DNA of 64,000 bases from Limisphaerales bacterium (GTDB lineage: Bacteria; Verrucomicrobiota; Verrucomicrobiia; Limisphaerales; JADJPG01): the NCBI GenBank assembly GCA_044229355.1, contig JBGATF010000005.1:309161-373160 (forward strand), written 5' to 3'. Below the pieces are notes generated by a model. That model was not told the DNA's origin, ran no database searches, and saw only the letters and a program-made list of their open reading frames with translations. A program made the translations under genes and the position numbers. Below, in pieces: positions 49,357 through 57,619 of the stretch. The first letter of the stretch is position 1; the number at the start of each line of letters is the position of its first letter.

Positions 49357-51002
49357 GGTGCGGCCGGCTCCTTCATCCGCTCCAGGTTGCCCGTGAATTG
49401 ATCGATCTCCGCGGCGGACACGGCATGGTTCCCATACCACGCCCCTTCGAAGAGCAGCAGGTTGTCCCGGAACAACTGCGGCACCGCCCCAAGCGCGTGC
49501 CCGCGCCAGCCCAGCTCGCGCGCGTAGTCATGGTTGGACTTCCCTCGCGCCAGCACAATCAGGCGGCGCTCTCCCAGGTGCGCCAGCGTCGCAAGAAAAA
49601 ACGCCCGCAGCGCCAGCCGGAAATCGCCCTTGCCCAGCCACTCCCGGCCCAGTTGAATCCACCCGTCTTCCGGCAGCTCATCGGCCCGGACATTTTCGTC
49701 CCGAAGATCAGGCGCCCCGGGCGCGGCCTCGGCCACCGTCGGCGCAAGGGCCGGTCGGTTCTGCCAGACACGAATCAGCACCCACAGCACCACGCCGAGC
49801 AAGAGCGCGCCCAGCAGGATCAAGGCTGTCTCCATGGCGTCGGCCAGGCCGCTGCCGCCGCTGGCCGCGCGGGAGGTCCGCCCGGACAGCTTGTTCAGGA
49901 TCCACTCCACCACATCCTGCACCCAGTGAGCGATGGCCTTGACCGCGCTCTCCAGATGCCGCTGGAGCCGGGCCATCAGGCCATCCTTGTCCGCCGGACT
50001 CTCCCCCGGTTCCGGGGGAAGTCGCCAGCTGAACTCCCGCCGTTGGATGGTGCGCTCGACCGCCCGGTTCAATTCCTCCGCCGAAAGGCCGGGCGTCGCC
50101 GCCGGACCGGCATCGACCGTGGCCTCAGCCGCCGCGGCCCGGCCCGCCACCGGCCCGAAGAACAGGCCCACGGCCAGCAGCGCCATCAGCGCCGCCGGCG
50201 CGACCGCGCGCACCCCGGCTAGTTCCGTGCGCAAGTCCTCGCCGCTCGTCAGCGAATCCGATCGAAAACCGCGCAGGACGTAGGCGGCTTTGAGCACCGG
50301 GTCCAGGCAGAGATACGTGAGCGCGAGTTGGGCCATGAGCAGCGTGCTGTTCATGGCCGCCCACGGGCTGCGGGTGAAGACGGACTCGATCCCCAGCAAC
50401 GACTTGATCAGGTAGGGCACGCCCAGCAGGGCGGTGAGCAGGTTGACGAACACGAACGTGCCGAAGAGGGTGAGCAGGGAAATCAGGTAATGATTTTGCA
50501 GCGGCCAGACCACCGTCTGCCGCCACGCCCGCCCAAGGGCCGAGCGCAGGTTGGGACAATCGCCGCCATGGACCACCGTCGCCGCATTGAAAAAAGCGCA
50601 CGCCCAGCCCAGCGGCACCATGACCACCGCCGCCACCGGCAACACGAACAAACCAGCCGGCTGCACGATCGCCTGATAAAGCGCGGCCCGGGCAAATGAC
50701 CGCCACCTCCAGGCCGGCGCCGACTCGCCCCCAAGCCGCGCCAGCAGGTGGCGGCAATACACGGACTGCCAGGCTTTCATCCAGACGAACATCCCGGTCA
50801 AGACCAGCGTCCCGGGCACCAGACGTTCCTGGGCGAAGGCGCTCCGCGCCATGTCCGACCAAAAATAAAGAAAGGCCAGCGCGAACGGCAGCGTTCCGAG
50901 ATAATACGGCGCGAGGCCTGCCACTCCGGAGACGCGCACGAGGTGGATCGACTCCTCGATCAAGTCGAACGGCGATGCCTCGGGCTCGTTCCTCGGCTTC
51001 AT
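49353..51002 (-). CDS. Multi-TM protein with C-terminal DUF4129-like domain
   Basis: Several TM helices; GDFRLALRAFF...KSNHDY...FEGAWYG. Confidence 0.8.
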   Translation of the reverse strand: MKPRNEPEASPFDLIEESIHLVRVSGVAGLAPYYLGTLPFALAFLYFWSDMARSAFAQERLVPGTLVLTGMFVWMKAWQSVYCRHLLARLGGESAPAWRWRSFARAALYQAIVQPAGLFVLPVAAVVMVPLGWACAFFNAATVVHGGDCPNLRSALGRAWRQTVVWPLQNHYLISLLTLFGTFVFVNLLTALLGVPYLIKSLLGIESVFTRSPWAAMNSTLLMAQLALTYLCLDPVLKAAYVLRGFRSDSLTSGEDLRTELAGVRAVAPAALMALLAVGLFFGPVAGRAAAAEATVDAGPAATPGLSAEELNRAVERTIQRREFSWRLPPEPGESPADKDGLMARLQRHLESAVKAIAHWVQDVVEWILNKLSGRTSRAASGGSGLADAMETALILLGALLLGVVLWVLIRVWQNRPALAPTVAEAAPGAPDLRDENVRADELPEDGWIQLGREWLGKGDFRLALRAFFLATLAHLGERRLIVLARGKSNHDYARELGWRGHALGAVPQLFRDNLLLFEGAWYGNHAVSAAEIDQFTGNLERMKEPAAP

Positions 51003-51325
51003 GGCACCTGGTCCAGCCAGTTTCCGCGCCAGAGCGTGCCGTCATGGAACGAGGCCGGCAGGCTGAGCAGCGTTTGCCCCAGCCAGTAAAAGAAGATCAG
51101 CGCGACCACCAGGCCGCCCGCCATCTGTCCCAGGCGCAACACCCAGACAAATGCCGCCCGCCGGCTCGACCGAACGGCCGCCAGTTTTTTCAGGCATCCG
51201 GCACAGACCACCCGGCCGTCGTGTTCGGTCACGCACTCCCGGCAGAAATACTCGCGACACTCCAGACAGCGCGCCGCGGCTTCCCGGTGCGCGTGATGAA
51301 AGCACCGTTGATGCGCAAGGATCAT
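50999..51325 (-). CDS. B-box-like zinc finger + TM small protein
   Basis: CFHH..REA.ARC.EC...FC.EC.......C..C followed by one TM. Confidence 0.8.
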   Translation of the reverse strand: MILAHQRCFHHAHREAAARCLECREYFCRECVTEHDGRVVCAGCLKKLAAVRSSRRAAFVWVLRLGQMAGGLVVALIFFYWLGQTLLSLPASFHDGTLWRGNWLDQVP

Positions 51326-51957
51326 CCCGGGTTATCCAAGATCGGAGGCGCGTCATCCGCCCCCGCCGCCGCCTGTGGCGATGGGGGGGCGGTCGGGGCC
51401 GGCGGTGATGGCGGCGGAGGAGGCGGCGGCGGTTGGTCCGGGCTGGTGGCCGGGCTCCGTTGGAGGATGTCGCCCGCTCCCGCCGGCCAGTCACCCTGCG
51501 CGGCCGCAATCAGCGGCCGGAGCCGGTCGATGACTTTTTGCGCGCGTGGCATCCGGCTGAGGGATGGCAGCTTCGCGGTCTGCACCGCGGTCGTGATGTA
51601 ACAATAGCAGGTGGGACCCTGCGCAAAATTAACGAGGAGCACGATGAGAAGCACCGTTGCGGGAATGCCAAAGCCGATCATCCCGCCGACATCTCCGGTG
51701 GCGAGCCCGCCCAGCAAAAACACGGCCGCGCCGCAGGCGAGGATGATGTTGATCACGCGGCCGAGGATCGTGTGGTAGAGCGCGATCGCCTGAATGTCCT
51801 GGAAGTAGTAGCGCTGGTAGGTCTCGGCGAACCCGCCCGAGGTGACCTGGAGCAGATGATCCGGGCCGAGATACAGCCGCACATATTGCACCGCCCGGGA
51901 CCCCTGGCCGGGCAGCTTTTGGTAGCGGACTCGCGTTGGGTTTGGGTCGGCCATCAC
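51322..51957 (-). CDS. Hypothetical 2-TM membrane protein with Pro-rich tail
   Basis: Fits the operon with 4-nt overlap; PH-like E.Y.R.YF.DIQAI segment, two TMs. Confidence 0.75.
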   Translation of the reverse strand: MMADPNPTRVRYQKLPGQGSRAVQYVRLYLGPDHLLQVTSGGFAETYQRYYFQDIQAIALYHTILGRVINIILACGAAVFLLGGLATGDVGGMIGFGIPATVLLIVLLVNFAQGPTCYCYITTAVQTAKLPSLSRMPRAQKVIDRLRPLIAAAQGDWPAGAGDILQRSPATSPDQPPPPPPPPSPPAPTAPPSPQAAAGADDAPPILDNPG

Positions 51958-51958
51958 A

Positions 51959-52531
51959 TCAATGGTTCCAGAGCGCCAGCAGTCCGTAGATCCAAAGCGC
52001 CAGCTCCACCCCGCCGAGGAGGATGCCCAGCACCGCCCGGACGGGGCGTCGCCCGAGAATGCTCGCGGGGCGGAAGAAGGAGAAGATCCCGCAGCCGATC
52101 GCAGCGGGCGCGGTCACGAGCGAGATCGGCCAGATCAGGATCGGCAGCACGGCCAGCATCAACGCCGCCTGATCGTAAACCAGGCGGCGCGTTTCCAGGC
52201 TGGGCTGGTTGCCTTGCAACCGCTGCTGCTCGAGGCAGGCCGGACAAAGCCGACGGCCATTGAGTTCCAGCTCGCACAAACTGCACAAAAACCGCCCGCA
52301 GCTTTCGCACGTGGCCACGGCCTTTTTGCCTTCGTGGTTGAAGCAGCTCGCCACGCCCGACTCGATGATCGCTTCGGCCGGACGGGCGCGGGCGACCGGG
52401 CGAAGGTACGCGGGAAAGACGGCCAAGATCACCTGCCGGTTGCAGCCGGGGCAGGGCAGGGGCTGGGGCGCGTTCCAATAGTTGCCGGGCAGCGGCAGCC
52501 GGCAATTGGGACACGGTAATCCAACAGTCAT
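51959..52531 (-). CDS. Zn-ribbon + B-box-like zinc finger membrane protein
   Basis: CPNC, CPGC, CFNH..KKA.ATCESCGRFLCSLC......LCPAC, C-terminal TMs. Confidence 0.8.
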   Translation of the reverse strand: MTVGLPCPNCRLPLPGNYWNAPQPLPCPGCNRQVILAVFPAYLRPVARARPAEAIIESGVASCFNHEGKKAVATCESCGRFLCSLCELELNGRRLCPACLEQQRLQGNQPSLETRRLVYDQAALMLAVLPILIWPISLVTAPAAIGCGIFSFFRPASILGRRPVRAVLGILLGGVELALWIYGLLALWNH

Positions 52532-52538
52532 GACCCCA

Positions 52539-52988
52539 CTATTTCGGCAGGCTGCAGCAAAGGTAGACCCAGTTTAGGAGGGCGAGCGCCACCAAAACCC
52601 ACGGCGACACCCAGCCTCGCCAGCGAGGCGAGGCGGGCTCACCAGCCGAATCCTCCGATCCACGACAAAGCCGGGCGAACGCCCAAACCGGCATGGCCAC
52701 GGTAAAGAGGAAGAAGAGCGGATTGAAACGCAGCGCGGACACAGGGTCCAGATGGGTCCACGCCAGGAGGCTGCGGGTGCAGCCGCAGCCCGGGCAGGGA
52801 ATGCCGGTGGTCGCCCGCAGCAGGCAGAACGGGAGCGGCAGGCCAAGGGCCACAGCGCCCCGGACAACGCCCGCCCCGGCCGCCAGCAGCCCGACCAGAA
52901 GGATCGCCCGCCAGCGCCGGGGAATTCCCCCAAGCCAGGCCGGCAGCAGAGCCGCCGCCCGCGCCTCGTTCGCCGCCTTCGCCCTCAT
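52539..52988 (-). CDS. DUF2752 family membrane protein
   Basis: CLLRATTGIPCPGCGCTRS...ALRFNP. Confidence 0.88.
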   Translation of the reverse strand: MRAKAANEARAAALLPAWLGGIPRRWRAILLVGLLAAGAGVVRGAVALGLPLPFCLLRATTGIPCPGCGCTRSLLAWTHLDPVSALRFNPLFFLFTVAMPVWAFARLCRGSEDSAGEPASPRWRGWVSPWVLVALALLNWVYLCCSLPK

Positions 52989-53812
52989 TTGTAAATCACC
53001 CGCGTGCTGCAGATGTGGTCGTGCAGCGCCCGCTTCTCGGAATCAAAGGCCGCAATGATGTAGCCGATCGAACACAGCAGGCTGCTCAATTGATCCGCCC
53101 ACGCCCGCCCAAACGCGCGCCCCCACGTCAAGGGCGCGCCTTCGGCCGTCACGACCTTCACGCCCACGGCCATCTTGCCCGGCGTGGCGCCAAATTTTCC
53201 AATGAAGAACGTGTTGTAAGCCACGGCCACCACGATCGAGCTCAGTTGAATCACCACCTGAAACATGATCCCCACCTCGGGGCCGGGTCCTCCCCGGCCC
53301 GCCGACTTTATGATCGGCAGGATCATCGCAATCACCGGGATGGCGAGGATGAGGGAGAAGATGAGGCCATCGATGATTTTGGCCCCAAGCCGAATCCAAA
53401 ACCCGGCGTATTGCATCGCGCCCGGCCCCGACCCGGGCCCCAGATTCGCCCCCTCCTTCAGCTTCTGCACAAAGCTCGGCTTGCACGACGCACACACCCA
53501 CGTGGTCCCATACTGAATCGCGTTGTCCTTCGTGAACCGCCCCCCGCACTCCACGCAGACGATCTCGTTCGGGCTGGACGCACCCGCGCCTGCGCCCGCC
53601 GCTGCCGCGCCACCGATCACCGGCGGCGCGCCCGGCGTCAACGGCGGGGCGCCGGTGCCCGGACGCACCGTGCTCAGCGGCTGCCAGTTGGCCATCCCTT
53701 CCTTCCAGACCAGATCCGCCGGTTTGATCTGCCCCGCTTGGATGAGCGCTTCAAATTGGGCGTCATCGACCGGACCCTGTTGTTGACCTCCCGAGGCGTA
53801 GTACCAGCTCAT
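52985..53812 (-). CDS. GYF_2 (DUF4339) + Zn-ribbon + RDD protein
   Basis: WYY...GQQQGP...LVWKEGMANW; CVEC...CASCK; YAGFWIR.GA.IID, ATPGK, ALHD; ATG 53812. Confidence 0.88.
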   Translation of the reverse strand: MSWYYASGGQQQGPVDDAQFEALIQAGQIKPADLVWKEGMANWQPLSTVRPGTGAPPLTPGAPPVIGGAAAAGAGAGASSPNEIVCVECGGRFTKDNAIQYGTTWVCASCKPSFVQKLKEGANLGPGSGPGAMQYAGFWIRLGAKIIDGLIFSLILAIPVIAMILPIIKSAGRGGPGPEVGIMFQVVIQLSSIVVAVAYNTFFIGKFGATPGKMAVGVKVVTAEGAPLTWGRAFGRAWADQLSSLLCSIGYIIAAFDSEKRALHDHICSTRVIYK

Positions 53813-53972
53813 AACATTTGGATGTTCCGTGGACTCGTTCCTGCCTGCAGCGTCCATAGATGTTTTGGCCGCAGGGCGATCGGAGAGTGAAAGTCACCCG
53901 CCGAAATTGCAAAAGAAAAAGTCGCTCCGGGACGCCTTGAATTATTTGCTCCGGGACCGAGTCTGGCCGCGA

Positions 53973-55427
53973 ATGAAAATGTTTTTCCGCACCTTGATTC
54001 TCGGCCTGGCGGGCGTCGCCAGCCCGCGCCTGCCCGCGGCCGAAATCCCCGTGGTGTTTGACCGCATCGACGCCGACCAGGCCTCGCCGACATTCTCGTT
54101 CCGCCGGGTGCCGCCGCCGGTCAAAGGGGACGCCGCCGAGCGCGCGACCTTCGAGTTGCTGGCGGGCGAGCGCGACGCCAATGGCGGACCGCTGGATTGT
54201 CTGCACGATGGAAAGGTGGCGCGGGAGGCCGATCAGCCGTCGGAGAATTTTTTCTTCCGGGCCGGAAGCGCCGGCGGGCGCGTGCGAATTGATCTGGGCG
54301 CAGCCACCCGGCTGCGGCAAATCAATTCGTACTCCTGGCATCCGGGCACGCGCGCCGCGCAGGTTTACACGGCCTACGGCGCCAGCGGCACGGCGGATGG
54401 ATTCGTCGCCCGGCCAGCCGGCGACTCCGCCCCAACGAACGGCGGCTGGACCCTGCTGGCGAAGGTCGACACCCGGCCCTCCGGCGGCCAGCCGGGCGGA
54501 CAGTATGGCGTGAGCATCGCCAGCGCCGGCGCCCCCCTCGGCCCGTATCGCTACCTCCTCTTTGACTTCGACCGGACGGAGGCCGGCGATCCGTTCGGCA
54601 ACACGTTCTACACGGAGCTCGATGTCGTGGCGATGGACGATGTCGTCACCGCGCTGGCGCCGGACGCCGCGGCCCGGCCCATCACAAAATCCTTCGCCAC
54701 GGCGGATGGGCGCTACCATTTCGTGGTGGACACGACAGTGGCCCCGGACCTGACCACGTGGGCGGACGAGACGCTTCGCCCGCTCGTGCTGGAGTGGTAT
54801 CCCAAATTGATCGCCCTGCTGCCGAGCGACGGCTTTTCGCCGCGGACCAACTTGACTCTCCGCTTTCGTGACAACATGGGCGGCACGCCGGCTTCCGCCG
54901 GCGGAGGTTTCATCAACTGCAACGCGGGCTGGTTTCGTCGCGAGCTGCAGCGCGAAGCCTCCGGCTCGGTGGTTCATGAGATGGTCCACGTCGTGCAGAA
55001 TTACCGGCGCGGCCCGCGCGGCGAACGGGACTCGGGCAGCGCGACGAACAGTCCAAATTTCACCCGGATCCCCGGCTGGCTGGTCGAAGGCATCCCCGAC
55101 TACATCCGCTGGTTCATTTACGAGCCGCAGACTCGTGGGGCGGAGATCACGGCGAAGAATCTGCCCAAGGCGAAGTACGATGCCAGCTATCGGATCACCG
55201 GCAACTTCCTCAATTGGGCCACCACGCGCTACGACTCGAATCTCGTCGCCAGGATCAACGCCGCCGGCCGGCAGGGAAAATACCGGCCGGAGCTCTGGAC
55301 GGAACTGACCGGCAAACCGGTGGAAGAGCTGGGCCGGGAATGGAAGCAGTTCCATGAGACCCGCCTGGGAACCCGGGCCCAGCCCGAGCCGGCCGCCCCC
55401 GAGGAGAAGAAAAAGGAAAAGCCCTGA
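53973..55427 (+). CDS. Secreted protein with discoidin-like N-domain and basic secretory protein (BSP) HExxH peptidase domain
   Basis: Signal peptide MKMFFRTLILGLAG; VVHEMVHVVQ, PGWLVEGIPDYIR, SYRITGNFL. Confidence 0.85.
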   Translation: MKMFFRTLILGLAGVASPRLPAAEIPVVFDRIDADQASPTFSFRRVPPPVKGDAAERATFELLAGERDANGGPLDCLHDGKVAREADQPSENFFFRAGSAGGRVRIDLGAATRLRQINSYSWHPGTRAAQVYTAYGASGTADGFVARPAGDSAPTNGGWTLLAKVDTRPSGGQPGGQYGVSIASAGAPLGPYRYLLFDFDRTEAGDPFGNTFYTELDVVAMDDVVTALAPDAAARPITKSFATADGRYHFVVDTTVAPDLTTWADETLRPLVLEWYPKLIALLPSDGFSPRTNLTLRFRDNMGGTPASAGGGFINCNAGWFRRELQREASGSVVHEMVHVVQNYRRGPRGERDSGSATNSPNFTRIPGWLVEGIPDYIRWFIYEPQTRGAEITAKNLPKAKYDASYRITGNFLNWATTRYDSNLVARINAAGRQGKYRPELWTELTGKPVEELGREWKQFHETRLGTRAQPEPAAPEEKKKEKP

Positions 55428-55443
55428 AGACAGGTCCGGTTTG

Positions 55444-57513
55444 TCAACGGCCGGGGTCGCGCCCGCGTTCCAACCGGCGAATCGCAATGCGGGCGGCCAC
55501 GCGAACTTCCGCGCGGGAATCTTGCAGCGCGTCGCGCAGGGCTGGCAACGCGGCCGGATCTTCGAAGAACAAAAGCATGCGCGCGGCGTAATGCCGGAAG
55601 TCGGCCGAGCCGCGGCGAAGGAGGTTCGTCAGCGCCGGCCCCGGCCCGTGCGCCAACCCAGCGCGAACGTAGTCCTGCAGATACTTGTTTTGATCGCCGC
55701 TCATCTTCGCCAAGCGTTGCCGGGATTCGGCAGTGTTTAATCGCAGGAACAGCGTGGCCGCCGCAAACCGCTGCCAGTCGTCCCGGTGACGCGCGGCGAT
55801 CGAGAGCTGCGGCAGGACGCCGTCGGATCCGTGGAAGGCCAGGCTGCAGGCCGCCGCCGTGGAGACCCTGGGTTCGGGATCGGCGAGAAGTTTTTGCAAG
55901 GCCGGCATCAGCGCCTGGTTGGTCAGGCCCACCAACGAGAAGGCCGCGGCGAAGCGGACGGAAAAATTGGTGTCGCCCAGCGCCTGCAACAGCCAGGGAA
56001 CCCCGGCCGGATCGCCGACGTGACCGAGCGACCAAACCGCCTGGGTGCGCAGGTCCTCCTCCGGGTCCTGCAGCGCCTCGGCCAGCGCGGGAACGGCCGA
56101 CGCGTCGCCAATGACCCCAAGCGCCTCTGCCACCTGAAGGCGACGATCGGAAGACGCTCCTCCCGCCCATTCGCCCAGCAGATTGGTCAGGACCGTTTTG
56201 TCCCCGATGTACGCCAGGGCGGTTGCAGCCGCGATCCGCTTGTCCCGCTCGAACGAGTGCAGCAGGCTCGTGAGCTCGGCGACCAACGAGTTCTGTCCCA
56301 GGGTGACCAGGGCGTCGGCGGCTTGCCTCGCCACCGCCGGTCGCGCCGTGAGCAGCGCCTTCAACGCGGGCACCGCCCGCGGGTCGCGCAACGACGTGAA
56401 CGCTTCGATGAACTGGGTCAGCTCATGGTCCTCCACCATGTTGGTCAACGCTTGCAGCAACAGGGGCGTCGCCCGCTGATCTCCGATCGTCCCCAGGGCT
56501 CCCGCCAGGACCAGCAGGTCGGACCTGTGATCGCCAGCGCCGCCCGGCGGCATCGGTGCGGAACCGGGAGTGCCCGGTGCCGGCCCGGGCCAGCCCGCAG
56601 GCCCCGCGCGGGCCGGCAGCGTCGCATCGTTGGTCAGCACGCCCGAAATCAGGGCCATCAGGGCGGGCGCCGCCTCGCGATCTTGCAGCTGGCCCAGGGC
56701 CTGCACGGCGGCGAAACGCACCGCCTTGTTCGTGGAGTTGAGCAGTTGGCGGAGCGCTGGCGCCGCCCGCATGTCCTCCAGGACGCCCAGCGCGTTGGCC
56801 AGGCATGACTCGACTTCCGGCGCCGGGACCTTGGCCAGGACGTCGAGCAGCGCGGGCACGGCGTTGGTGGACTGCACCGTGCCCACCGCACGCGCGATCG
56901 CTTCGAGCGCCCGGGTTCGCCGCCACGGAGCGGGTATGCCTGCCTCGGGCTGGGCTACGAAGCGCGCCTCGCGGGGCAATGCCGCCAGCAGCCGCGGCTC
57001 GGCGGCGACGGGATCCAACTGGGCCAGACCCTCAGCGGCCGCGGCCCGGAGATCCACATCGGGGTCCGCCTCCAGGATCGAGACCAGCATCGGCCACGCA
57101 TTCGTGGCTCCACCTTCGGACAGGACCCGAATCGCCAAGGTGCGGACCCCCGCGCTCCGATCGTCTTTTGCCAGATCGAGCAGGAACGGATGGGCCGGTT
57201 CGCCCAGCTTCGCCAGCTCGTCGCCCGGATCGGAATCGCGCGCGGACGCGGCGCCGGGTCCGCCCAGCCACGCGCGCAACGCCTCCAGCCCGCGCCACCA
57301 AAACGGCGCCGATGCCTCCTGCAGCCGCACGGTGTCCATGATGCGGTTCACCGCCCGCCCCACCGGATCAAACCCGCGGACGATCAAGAACAGGACGAAC
57401 CCGCCGAGAAGCAGCACCAAGCCGATGACGGGAAGCCGCCAGCCGCCGCGCCGGATTCCCTCCGGTGGACGATCGGCGGCAGTCGAGCTCTTCGTCTTCG
57501 AATCAGGGCTCAT
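55444..57513 (-). CDS. Membrane-anchored HEAT-repeat protein
   Basis: N-terminal TM; many VR..AA.ALG.IGD..AVP.L..AL.D repeats. Confidence 0.88.
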   Translation of the reverse strand: MSPDSKTKSSTAADRPPEGIRRGGWRLPVIGLVLLLGGFVLFLIVRGFDPVGRAVNRIMDTVRLQEASAPFWWRGLEALRAWLGGPGAASARDSDPGDELAKLGEPAHPFLLDLAKDDRSAGVRTLAIRVLSEGGATNAWPMLVSILEADPDVDLRAAAAEGLAQLDPVAAEPRLLAALPREARFVAQPEAGIPAPWRRTRALEAIARAVGTVQSTNAVPALLDVLAKVPAPEVESCLANALGVLEDMRAAPALRQLLNSTNKAVRFAAVQALGQLQDREAAPALMALISGVLTNDATLPARAGPAGWPGPAPGTPGSAPMPPGGAGDHRSDLLVLAGALGTIGDQRATPLLLQALTNMVEDHELTQFIEAFTSLRDPRAVPALKALLTARPAVARQAADALVTLGQNSLVAELTSLLHSFERDKRIAAATALAYIGDKTVLTNLLGEWAGGASSDRRLQVAEALGVIGDASAVPALAEALQDPEEDLRTQAVWSLGHVGDPAGVPWLLQALGDTNFSVRFAAAFSLVGLTNQALMPALQKLLADPEPRVSTAAACSLAFHGSDGVLPQLSIAARHRDDWQRFAAATLFLRLNTAESRQRLAKMSGDQNKYLQDYVRAGLAHGPGPALTNLLRRGSADFRHYAARMLLFFEDPAALPALRDALQDSRAEVRVAARIAIRRLERGRDPGR

Positions 57514-57619
57514 GCCTCAGTTGTGGTTCCGGAGATTGCTCCGGGGATCCGTTCCACGCGAGCGTTTTGTCGACAACTGTTCCGTTGTGCCGTCCGCCAA
57601 CGCCCGCTACGGTCGGCCC

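Noticed and set aside
56570-57619. 350-aa N-terminal extension of the M16 protease
   Set aside because: Antisense to the HEAT gene; the signal peptide starts at 57620
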